Shown: positions 1-10,739 of the stretch, piece after piece
Position numbering within the stretch: position 1 is the stretch's first letter
Layout: each line of letters begins with the position of its first letter
NCBI GenBank assembly: GCA_030390025.1
Contig: CM059432.1
Span: forward strand, 13,330,001 to 13,394,000
From: Squalus acanthias
Lineage: Eukaryota
Length of the DNA: 64,000 bases
Reading direction: 5' to 3'
Made by a program: the position numbers and the translations under genes
Notes under the pieces: generated by a model
The model's database searches: none
The model's input: only the letters and a program-made list of their open reading frames with translations
What the model was told of the DNA's origin: nothing

Positions 1-46
1 TGCGGATTACACGACCCCAACCCGACCCCAAGACAAAATCCAGCCC
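1..46. mobile_element. Terminal fragment of a Harbinger-type MITE (GGGCTGGATTTT TIR family), cut by the window edge
   Basis: Ends ...ACACGACCCCAACCC...CAAAATCCAGCCC, matching the right end of the TSD-flanked element at 34509-35178. Confidence 0.75.
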
Positions 47-496
47 GAGGTCTCTCCATCATATGATAACGCCCCTTCTTACAGGGACCATCGCTGCTTT
101 GGGAGGGAATGATTCTGGAACAATATTCATAATTTTCATTCCAGATGAGTCACAACCCTGCTTTTTGCAATGTAAATGATGTATATGAACAGAGAGAGAA
201 ATCGCCGAACTAACTCATAAAGCCAATGACACCCTTTTAAAAAGCAGTTTTCTCCAATCAAGTCGCACAATAAATGCAATCATTAATGCCTGAAAAGAGT
301 AGCTTACGATCGCAACATTAGAGGTTTTTCAAGATCTGTAATCAGGTTCTGCAAATAGCCGACGTGGGCTGGAACACACTTCCCCTTTTACAAATAGACC
401 CGTACTGTGCAACATCCTCTGCCAGTGTTTTACTGTGAAAAAAAGTGCCCTTAAGCACATTTTCCACAGCACAGTCCATACTTCTGGTGCAGAGAG

Positions 497-570
497 AGGA
501 TCAGCCATGATCATAGTGAATGGCGGAGCAGGCTCGAAGGGCCGAATGGCCTACTCCTGCTCCTATTTTT
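497..570 (+). mobile_element. CR1 LINE 3'-UTR fragment
   Basis: GATCAGCCATGATC...GGAGCAGGCTCGAAGGGCCGAATGGCCTACTCCTGCTCCTA is the same tail as the longer CR1 copies in the window. Confidence 0.8.
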
Positions 571-639
571 CTACGCCACATTGAAGGCGGCGATAGGCAA
601 GGAGGGTTGGCATTTTTGCTCGTCAGAGTCACTCTTCTC

Positions 640-741
640 AGAAAGCAGCAGGTAGCAAAGCAAGTGAATGCAGTTTCTGCAGTAAAGAGATCTTCCTCCC
701 AGATGAGGAAGAAATTCATCACTTTGAAGAAGTTTGCCACG
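640..741 (+). pseudogene. Degenerate Harbinger Myb/SANT exon remnant
   Basis: Translates QQVAKQVNAVSAVKRSSSQMRKKFITLKKFAT followed by GTAAGT at 742. This parallels REVAQSVSSRSMVPRTHVQCHKKFNDLTRVVR|GTGAGT in the element at 36306, and is likewise followed by CA-rich intron-like sequence. Confidence 0.6.
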
Positions 742-1311
742 GTAAGTGACCACTGTTCTTATATCTCAACAGAGCTTACCAATGGCATGCCTGCAACACA
801 CACACTCACACATACACTTTTCCCTCAACGAGATGCATACTCGCATGCAATGCTTCCCATGTCTTTACATGCCCCTTTGCTCTCTCTAACACTGACAGAA
901 GGCACCCATATTCATGTACGACACACATTTCATCTTCCGTGCAAACCTGTCACTGGTGGAGAGTGGGACCATGACACATTTCCCACCCGCACCCCCCCCC
1001 CCCCCCGCCCCGTACCCATTAGCATTTTTGTCATGAAGCACAGTGGCCAACTGCGTAGCTGTTGCAAAGTTCACGAAAAAACAATTCATCAGTCTCATGA
1101 CTGCAAGAAGAGGAAGTCCAGAATAGCAGGGAAAGGCTGAAAATTGGAGGGGGCACTGCAAATGTCAAGCCCTTGCCACGCTGGAGAGGAGCATGCAGAC
1201 AAAGAACCTTCATCTGCAGACCAGTACCCATTCTTCCATCTTTCTCCCTCCTCAAAGAATTAGTCCTTCATTCTGCAATAGGAACTGAGCTGCCATTACT
1301 ACCTCACATGC

Positions 1312-2188
1312 GTTGGCCTGAGCGGGAACACTGACGTTGGTGCGCCTATCCTGCCAATGGATTTGCAGGATCTTGCGGAGGCACCATTGGTGGTACCTCT
1401 CCAGTGCTTTGAGGTGCCTGCTGTACATGGTCCATGTCTCTGAGGCATACAGCAGGGCGGGTATCACTGCTGCTCTGTAGACCATGAGCTTAGTGCCGGG
1501 TTTGAGGTCCTGGTCTTCAAACACTCTCTTCCTCAGGCGACCGAACGCTGCACTGGCACACTGAAGGCGGTGTTGGACTTCGTCATCGACGTCTGCCCTT
1601 GTTGACAGTAGGCTCCCGAGGTATGGAAAGTGGTCCACGTTGTCCAAGGCCTTGTCGTGGATTTTGATAATCAGGGGGCAGTACTGTGTGGCGGGGGCAA
1701 CATCCCCAGCATCGAAGCTTAGACCACGCTCGATCAGCTCCGATGGACGGGTCACATTTTCCACATGCCCGATACGAGACTCCCAAAACAAGCGCACTAC
1801 TCGGAGCTCCGGCATGGCAAGAGAGCCCCAGTGGGGAGAGGAAACACTTCAAGGACACCCTCAAAGCCTCCTTGAAAAAGTGCAACATCCCCACCGACAC
1901 CTGGGAATCCCTGGCCTAAGACCGCACAAAATGGAGGAAAAGCATCCGGGAAGGCGCCGAACACCTCGAGTCTCTTCGCCGGGAGCAAGCGGAAGCCAAA
2001 CGCAGGCAGCGCAAGGAGCACACGTCAACCCAAGCACCCCACCCACCTGCCCCTTCAACCACCGTCTGCCCCACCTGTGACAGAGACTGTATTTCCCGCA
2101 TTGGACTCATCAGTCACCTGCGAACTCATTTTTAATGCGGAAGCAAGTCATCCTCGGTTCCGAGGGACTGCCTAAGAAGAAGAAGACG
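1312..2188 (+). mobile_element. RTE-clade LINE, 5'-truncated with 5' inversion (minus arm 1312-1697, plus arm 1698-2188)
   Basis: The minus arm encodes VDHFPYLGS...LLYASETW...RTNVSVPAQAN and the plus arm resumes at NIPSIEA...RHFKDTLKASLK. GAA tail; TSD ACATG(C/T)GTT at 1306-1314 and 2189-2197. Confidence 0.9.
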
Positions 2189-4783
2189 ACATGTGTTATA
2201 AGAAGTGTCTTGCAAATTTTATAAAATGATTTTCCATTGTATCTGTAGGGCCACCTGAGGATCAGCTATTCGCAGGTTCAGAGGAAAAGGGCCCAGTCAC
2301 TTCGCTTCACACTGCATCACTCATCAAGCAACCCAGTTGGAGCGAGAAGGTGCCCAACATTTCTTTACGACACTACAATGACATCACATACAAAATGACA
2401 CATTTGCATTTTGATTTGCGCCAAGGTAAAGGACGAGTCCTATGGACATTTGTAAATTTGAGCTCATTGCCGCTGTGCTTGATAAAGCCTGACCGAAGAA
2501 AAAAAATCAAACAACAGATAATGGCAGCCCATCACACGAGAGAAGAGCTCACTGGTTTAAGCTATTTGAATTATATCTCCTACTCACTAACCATAGGTAA
2601 ACAATGGCCATATACACACAGCACAGACAACAGGTACTTTCCCAAAAGAAGGGGTGAGAAAAATGGTAAAAACAACCATCTCAGGCCCCCTTAACAATGA
2701 TTGCAGAGTGGTATTGAAGAAGTCCTGGAGAATGTCACCTCTTGGGTCAAGGAGGGTGCGTGACCAAAAGAGACATGAGGAAGTGTGGGGTGAGAGGCGG
2801 GACAGCGAGGAAAGACCTTTACAAAGATGGATTCTGCTGCATCCTAACTGTCGATGATTTCAACGCCATAATTAGAAAAAAATTTGGCTCTCTCTCCCCT
2901 ACCATACCATGTCATGTCATGGAAACATAGGATCAGGAATAAGCCATTCAGACCCTCAAGCCTGTTCCATCATTCAATTAGATCATGGTTGATCTGCACA
3001 GATACCAGCTGAGGAAATGAAACATTGATTATGTTTTGCATGATACTAACTGTTTTTTAATTTTGGTTTTCATTTTCTTCAACATGTAGGCGGTGCAATT
3101 TAGGTTAGGGTGGAATCCATCACTGAAGCAGTAGTTGTTCTTAGATACTTGGAACTGGATGTTGAATCCTCAGGGCTATTTTCTCCATACACCTCCAAAT
3201 TGGTCTTGACTTTGAACCTGTCAGCCATGGCTCAGTTGGTAGCACTCTTGCCTTTGAGTCAAAAGGTTGTGGGTTCCACTCCAGAGACTTGAACATAAAA
3301 AGCTAGGCTGACACTCCAGTGCAGTGCTGAGGGAGTGCTGCACTGTCAGAGGTGCCGTCTTTCAGATGAGATGTTAAACCAAGGCCCCGTCTGCTCTCTC
3401 AGGTGGACGTAAAAGATCCCATGCCATGCCACTATTTCGAAGAAGAGCAGGGGAGTTATCCTCGGTGTCCTGACCAATATTTATCCCTCAATCATAGAAA
3501 CATAGAAGATAGGAGCAGGAGCAGGCCATTCGGCCCCTCGAGCCTGCTCCGCCATTCAATGAGATCATGGCTGATCATCCAAATTCAGTACCCTGTCCGT
3601 GCCTTCTCCCCATATCCCTTGATCCCTTTAGCTTTAAGAAATATATCTAACTCCTTCTTGAATATATTTAATGAATTGGCCTCTACTGCCTTCTGTGGTA
3701 GAGAATTCCACCGGTTCACCACTCTCTGGGTGAAGAAATTCCTCCTCATCTCAGTCCTAAATGGCTTACCCCTTATCCTTAGACTGTGACCCCAGGCTCT
3801 GGACTCCCCGGCCATCAGGAACATCCTTCCTGCATCTAGTCTGTCTAGTCCTGTTAGAATTTTATATGTTTCAATGAGATCCACTCTCATTCTTCTAAAC
3901 TCCAGCGAGTATAAGCCCAATCGACCCAATCTCTCCTCATACGTCATTCCTGCCATCCCAGGTATCAGCCTGGTGAATCTTCGCTGCACTCCCTCCATGG
4001 CAAGAACATCCTTCCTCAGATAAGGCGACCAAACCTGCACACAATACTCAAGATGTGGTCTCACCAAGGCCCTGTACAACTGCAGCAAGACATCCTTGTT
4101 CCTATACTCAAACCCTTTCACTATGAAGGCCAACATACCATTTGCCTTCTTAACCGCCTGCTGCACCTGCATGCTTACCTTCAGTGACTGGTGCACAAGG
4201 ACACCCAGGTCTCGTTGCACTTCCCCTTCTCCCAATCTATTGCCATTCAGATAATAATCTGCCTTCCTGTTTTTGACACCAAAGTGGATAACCTCGCATT
4301 TATCCACATTATATTGCATCTGCCATGCTCCTGCCCAATCACCCAACCTGTCCAAATCATCCTGGAGTTTCTCGGCATCCTCCTCACGGCACACACTCCC
4401 ACCCAGCTTTGTGTCGTCTGCAAAATGGGAGATATTACATCCAATTCCCTCGTCTAGATCATTAATATATATTGTGAATAACTGGGGTACTCGGACCGAT
4501 CCCTGCGGTACCCCACTAGTCACTGCCTGCCACTCGGAAAAAGACCCATTTATTCCAACTCTTTGCTTTCTGTCTGCCAACCAGTTCTCTATCCAAGACT
4601 GTACCTTACCCCCAATCCCATGTGCTTTAACTTTGCACGCTAATCTCTTATGCGGGACCTTATCGAAAGCCTTCTAAAGTCTAAATACACCACACCACTG
4701 GTTCTCCCTTATCTATTTTACCAGTTACATCCTCAAGAATTTCCAGTAGATTAGTCAAGCACGATTTACCTTTTGTAAATCCA

Positions 4784-7700
4784 TAGAAACATATAGAAAC
4801 ATAGAAGATAGGAGCAGGAGTAGGCCATTCGGCCCCTCGAGCCTGCTCCGCCATTCGATGAGATCATGGCTGATCATCCAAACTCAGTACCCTGTACCTG
4901 CCTTCTCCCCATATCCCTTGATACCTTTAGCTTTAAGAAGTATATCTAACTCATTCTTGAATATATTTAATGACTTGGCCTCAACTACCTTCTGTGGTAG
5001 AGAATTCCACAGGTTCACCACTCTCTGGGTGAAGAAATTCTTCCTCATTTCTGTCCTAAATGGCTTACCCGTTATCCTTAGATTATGACCCCTGGTTCTG
5101 GACTCGCCGACCATCGGGAACATCCTTCCTGCATCTAGTTTGTCCAGACCTGTCAGAATTTTATATGTTTCGATGAGATCCCCTCTCATTCTTCTATACT
5201 CCAGCGAGTACAAGCCCAATCGACCCAATCTCTCCTCATACGTCATTCCTACCATCCCAGGTATCAGCCTTGTGAATCTTCGCTGAACTCCTTCCATGGC
5301 AAGAACATCCTTCCTCAGATAAGGCGACCAAAACTGCACACAGTACTCAAGGTGTGGTCTCACCAAGGCTCTGTACAACTGCAGCAGGACATCCCTGTTC
5401 CTATACTCAAACCCGTTCGCTATGAAGGCCAACATACCATTTGCCTTCTTCACCGCCTGCTGCACCTGCATGCTTACTTTCAGCGACTGGTGCACAAGGA
5501 CACCCAGGTCTCGTTGCACTTCCCCTTCTCCCAATCTATTGCCATTCAGATAATAGTCTGCCTTTCTGTTTTTGACACCAAAGTGGATAACCTCGCATTT
5601 ATCCACGTTATATTGCATCTGCCACGCTTCTGCCCAATCACCCAACCTGTCCAAATCATCCTAGAGTTTCTCGGTATCCTACTTGCAGCACACACTCCCA
5701 CCCAGCTTTGTGTCATCTGCAAACTTGGAGATATTGGCCCGAAAATTAGACCTAAGTGCGTACTCTCGCATTTTAGGTCTCCAATTGCTGGTTTCTTGCA
5801 TGCACTGCGCAGGCGCGGGAAACCGGCACTTCGTGAATTCAAAAGGGGTCGGTTCCTAAGTGAACCGCGTGCGTGCTACAGGCTGCGCGCACGCAGTGCA
5901 CTTAGTGCTTTGAACGCGCAGGTAAGCATGGAAGATTTTACACATAAAGAAAGGAGGCGTAAGACCCTCTTTTAACAAGGTAAGTAGTTAATTAAGTATT
6001 ATTTTAAAAAATTTTTCAACAGGTTTATCTTTTTTAGAGACTTTAAAGAAAGGTAAGTTTATTTTTATAACTTTTAAAAAGATTTTAAATTTTTTCAAAA
6101 ATTTAATTTTTTGTTTAAAGTGGTTAATTTATTTAACTATACTTATTTTATTAATGTGATGGCTTTTTTAAAATTTAATTGAGGTTTAGCTGTTCTTTTG
6201 GGGGGTATAGTATTCATAGCTTTGACAGGTCTTCCTGTCAAAACTATGAATGAAAGATGGTGTGCTGCCATTGGCTCTAACTGAATCACGTGATCCCAGA
6301 GCTTGCACGAACTAATTGCGTCTCTGGGTCACGCAAGCACTGCACAGCTGCAGCCTTGAAACTAAAGTTCGTGTGGGCCCGGAGGAAAAAGGTAGGCGCG
6401 GAGTGAGATATCGCGGGGAAGCCTTACCCCCGCGTGAACACTCAGTGTTTAATTTCTGGGCCATTACATTTAGTTCCCTTATCTAGATCATTAATGTATA
6501 TTGTGAATAGCTGGGGTCCAAGGACCGATCCCTGCGGTACCCCACTAGTCACTGCTTGCCACTCGGAAAAAGACCCATTAATTCCTACTCTCTGCTTTCT
6601 GTCCGCCAACTAGTTCTCTATCCAAGTCAATACCTTGCCCCCAATCCCATGTGCCTTAACTTTACACGCTAATCTCTTATGCGGGACCTTATCGAAAGCC
6701 TTTTGAAAGTCCAAATACACCACATCTACTGGTTCTCCCTTATCTATTTTCCCAGTTACATCCTCAAAAATTTCCAGTAGATTAGTCAAGCACGATTTAC
6801 CTTTTGTAAATCCATGTTGACTTTGTCCGATCCTGTCACTGTTTTTCAAGTGCTCAGCTATTACATCCTTTATAATGGATTCCAGCATTTTCCCCACTAC
6901 CGATGTAAGATTACCGGTCTGTAATTCCCCGCTTTCTCTCTACCACCCTTTTTGAATAGTGGGGTAACATTAGCTACCCTCCAATCCATGGGTACAGTTC
7001 CAGATTCCATCGAATGTTGGAAGATGATCAGCAATGCATCTACTATTTCTAGGGCCACATCCTTAAGTACCCTAGGATGTAGATTATCAGGCCCTGGGGA
7101 TTTATCGGCCTTCAATCCTGTCAATTTCCCTAACACCATTTCCCTGCAAATACTGATTTCTTTCAGTTCCTCCCTTTCATCAGACCGTATGTTCTCCAAC
7201 ATCTCTGGGAGGTTATTTGTGTCCTCCTTTGTGAAGACAGAACCAAAATATGCATTTAATTGGTCTGCCATTTCTTTGTTCCCCATTATAACTTCCCCCG
7301 CTTCTGACTGCAAGGGACCTACACTTGATTTCACTAATCTTTTTCTCTGCACATATCTATAAAAGCTCTTAGTCAGTTTTTATGTTCCCAGCAAGCTTAC
7401 TTTCATATTCAATTTTCCCCTTCTTAATTAATCCCTTTGTCCTCCTTTGTTGAATCCTAAACTGCTCCCAATCCTCAGGGTTACCGCTTTTTCTGGCCAA
7501 TTTATATGCCCTCTCCTTGGATCTTATGCTATCCCTAATTTCCCTTGTTAGCCACGGTTGAGTCACCCTTTTTGTTTTATTCTTATGCCACACTGGGATG
7601 AACAAATTCTGTAGTTCATCCATGCAGTCTTTGAATGTATGCCATTGCCTATCCACCGTCAACCCCTTGAGTGACATTCCCCAATCAATCCTACCCAATT

Positions 7701-8137
7701 CGCGCCTCATACCATCGTAGTTTCCTTTATTTAAATTCAGGATCCTAGTCTCTGATTCAACTACTTCACTCTCCACCCTAATGAAGAATTCTATCATATT
7801 ATGATCACTCTGACCCAAGGGGCCTCATACAACAAGATTGCTAATTAATCCTTTCTCGTTACATAATACCCAGTCTAAGATGGCCTGATCTCTAGTTGGT
7901 TCCTCGACATATTGTTCCAGAAAACCATCCCGTAAACATTCTAGGAATTCCTTCTCCACAGTATTTTTACTAATTTGGTTAGCCCATTCTATATGTAAAT
8001 TAAAGTCACCCATGATGACTGCTGTGCCCTTACTGCATACTTCTCTAATTTCCCTTTTAATGCCGTCCCCAACCTCCGTATTACTGTTTGGAGGTCTATA
8101 TACCACTCCCCATGCCACTACCACTACCACAACCACT
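4784..8137 (-). mobile_element. CR1 LINE copy b nested in copy a (end of APE domain through RT to tail)
   Basis: Broken ORFs contain VYRPPNS, MGDFN, SDHNMIEF, KSPGPD, SQHGF and YLDFQKAFD. It has its own tail at 4784 and a short TCCAT duplication at both junctions. Confidence 0.9.
5736..6462. mobile_element. Non-autonomous Harbinger-type element, family A (727 bp)
   Basis: TIR GGCCCGAAAATTA / TAATTTCTGGGCC and 3-bp TSD ATT (5733-5735 / 6463-6465) interrupting the CR1 sequence GAGATATTACAT. An inverted second copy is at 41980-43621. Confidence 0.9.
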
Positions 8138-9759
8138 CCATGTTGACTTTGTCCAATCCTGTCACTGTTTTCCAAGTGCTCTGCTATTACATCTTTTATA
8201 ATGGAGTCTAGCATTTTCCCCACTACCGATGTCAGGCTTACTGGTCTATAATTCCCCGTTTTCTCTCTACCGCCTTTTTTGAATAGTGGGGTAACATTAG
8301 CTACCCTCCAATCCATGAGTACTGTTCCAAAGTCAATCAACATAACAAAAACAGATTATCTGCTCATTATCACATTGCTGCTTGTGTGAGCTTGCTGTGC
8401 GCAATTTTGGCTGCCGCATTTCCTACATTACAAATGTAACCATACTTCAAAAGTACTTCATTGGCTGGAAAGCTCTTTGGAATGTCCTGAGGTTGTGAAA
8501 AGCGCTATATAAATGCAAGTCTTTCTTTCTTTGGGCTGAGGTGGATTCCAGGGTACTTTAGAGATTGAGCATGTTTGAGCATGACCACAATGTGGTCAGC
8601 TGAATTTACATATAAATCTCACGTCCTTTTGTCTAGTAAATGGGATTCTAGAGAATTATGTCCTTTCCATCCAGCTAGATAAGTGGTGGAGAGCAAACTG
8701 CAAAAGTTAATGGGCAAAAACAATTTAGATAAAGTTGAATTTTTCACTCCCAAGATACTACTATACACTGACCTTACACAACTTCTTCAAAAAATCAACT
8801 TGAATTGATCTCTCCCTAAACTTGCAAATAATAACACTGCAAGTACACACAGCATGGAGTTGCCTGGATAATGACTATCTATAATGACAACCACTGCCAA
8901 CACAACACAAAACAAAGCCAAACGGAATAATTCCTCATATAAAATTAAACCAGCATGTTTAAAAAAAAACAAATAACAGAAATTGGACAGTGATTTCAAG
9001 ATGCAATTTAATCTGGGAGTTCAGAGGCCGGTCAAAAAGCACTCATGGTGCATGATGTCTTTTGAACCCCCCTCAAATTGCTCTGCATTTACTTCCCGGG
9101 TATCCAGAATTGTTTAGATCCACCAATTCTGCACAATTAAGATTTTCTATTGCATTACAGCCCAAGTGACATCCAACCCAGTCACTGAGTGACAACCATA
9201 TTCATACAGGGCCACATTTCCGGGCTGGTAGTATGGCAGAAGGGGAAGTGTTTGGGGGGGGGGGGGGGAGTCGGGGTTTGGTTCAACCTGAATTCTACTA
9301 ATTTGTTTTAAAGTTTACGGGAAAAAAATGAAGGAAAATAATTTTGGAAAAACGAGGAAACCGACTCTTTTCAGACTGGATGCTGCAGGAACTGACTCTG
9401 TGGAATGTTTCCTTGGAGACTCTCAACATTCCTCAAAAAAAAAATTGACCTCGAGCAGACACTCAGATTGCAAACAGCAGGACACAGCCAACTGCAAGAA
9501 ACTTCAGTGTCTGAAACTTGGGAAGAGAGACCGGTCTCGGGGAAATAATGGGCTCGGATGGATTCAGAGCACAATAAAGGAATGGGAGAGATCATCGCGA
9601 CAGCACGAACTAGCAACGGAGATACTCTGTATATAAAAAAGTAAAGCATTGCCAGGCGAGTCCCAGCAGCTGGAAACTACCAAGAGGACCCAAAACTCAT
9701 TTTTTTTTAAAGTACACAAAATAAAAGGGAAAAAAAGCAATTGTGTCCATCTTACTCAC

Positions 9760-9795
9760 CCCAAGGAGACAGACTTTTAATTCTCGGAGAGCCAT
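9760..9795 (-). CDS. RAB22A/RAB31: First coding exon of a Rab22-subfamily small GTPase (RAB22A or RAB31/RAB22B)
   Basis: Minus strand ATG GCT CTC CGA GAA TTA AAA GTC TGT CTC CTT GGG = MALRELKVCLLG, followed directly by the donor GTGAGTAAG. This is the known Rab22/31 N-terminus with its phase-0 first intron. The peptide matches RAB22A exactly, while intron 1 >9.7 kb and the empty upstream region fit RAB31. No DTGVGKSS exon was seen in 1-9759. Confidence 0.92.
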
Positions 9796-9802
9796 AATCA
9801 AT

Positions 9803-9850
9803 TTATAAGGCTTGTGTCATGCTCGTTGCAGTCTGGTTTACCCAGTTCAT
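9803..9850 (-). promoter_or_regulatory. Candidate 15-codon uORF (MNWVNQTATSMTQAL*) ending 7 nt before the RAB ATG
   Basis: ATG at 9850, TAA ending at 9803, then ATTGATT and the main ATG at 9795. Relevant only if the TSS is upstream of 9850. Confidence 0.45.
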
Positions 9851-10607
9851 GTATGAAAGTGCGCAAAGCCTCCTCTAAACCCTGCCACCAGCCAGTTCCC
9901 TCACAGCAAACGGAAACCCTTCTGCAATAACTCACAACTGCCAGCCGTCACATGATACTCCGGGCTCTCCGACGGCAGTGGTCACATTCTCACTAAAACT
10001 TAAACTCAGAGGATCGTTTCCTTCTGTTTCTTCGGTAAGTGAAGGCGATCTGGAGAGAGACGTTAATGTGCAAACAGCGCTGTAAAAAGGAAATTCTTGC
10101 ACATCGACCTTTCCAAACAATCATTCCAAGTCTGCCTAAGTTATAAATGCTTAGAGGGTAGCAGATGTCTTCAGGAGGAGATACAAGGCTGTAGATTAAC
10201 CCTCAGCTCCGGTGATTACCCCCTGTGTGTCTCTTTCTCTCAGGCAGCTTTATTACTAAATACCACGGAGTTGTTCACAGTTAGGAGCTTTGTGATGAGT
10301 TTTTATATCGTGTTGTTTTCGGTTATTGGAAAATGACATTTTTCAGCTGTGTTAGGGGTAGGGGAACACAAATCAGTGATGGTGGACAGCAGCATGTGTA
10401 CTGGATACAAAAGAAGACCGCTTTTTCGTGGCACAGTGTGCAGGTATTAGCTGGAAGAATATATTATAGTAATGCACAATGTTTATATTCTTTAGAATTT
10501 TTTTTTAAAACACACAAAATGCCAGAAACACACAGCGGGTCTGACCGTCAGTATCTGAAAATACAGGTTAACATTTAAGGTATTGACCCTCTATCAATAC
10601 CTTAAAT

Positions 10608-10730
10608 GGACTGCAGCGGTTCAAGAAGGCGGCTCACCACCACCTTCTCGAGGGCAATTGGGGATGGGCAATAAATGCTGGCCTTGCCAACGAGGCCCAC
10701 ATCCCAGGAACGAATAAATTTTTTAAAAAA
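10608..10730 (+). mobile_element. 3' tail of the CR1/L2-group LINE family seen at 15700-16510
   Basis: GGACTGCAGCGGTTCAAGAAGGCGGCTCACCACCACC...GGGCAATAAATGCTGGCCTTGCC. Confidence 0.8.
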
Positions 10731-10739
10731 AGAACTGGA

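Larger units (their letters stand above)
3495..8332 (-). mobile_element. CR1 LINE copy a (ORF2 RT region; 3495-4783 plus 8138-8332)
   Basis: ORF 3585-4580 has [15 protein letters not shown] and LVRPHLEYC; (CATAGAAA)n tail. The sequence resumes at 8138 after a second CR1. Confidence 0.9.
3221..8532 (+). mobile_element. tRNA-derived Deu-domain SINE, split (3221-3494 and 8333-8532) by nested CR1 insertions
   Basis: tRNA-like head (TGGCTCAGTTGG), Deu core (GATGAGATGTTAAACCAAGGCCCCGTCTG...GTAAAAGATCCCATG) and L2-like tail GCGCTATATAAATGCAAGTC. The halves rejoin across TSD TCAATCA (3488-3494 / 8333-8339). Confidence 0.85.
9250..10400. promoter_or_regulatory. CpG-retaining promoter / first-exon region of the RAB gene
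   Basis: Non-repetitive sequence around the start codon with visibly more CpG than other unique DNA in the window (judged by eye, not computed). Confidence 0.5.

Noticed and set aside
8773..8836. Possible minus-strand exon (VIICKFRERSIQVDFLKKLCK) with AG/GT borders
   Set aside because: It is not Rab sequence (DTGVGKSS expected), resembles no protein I recognise, and short AG..GT spans arise by chance.
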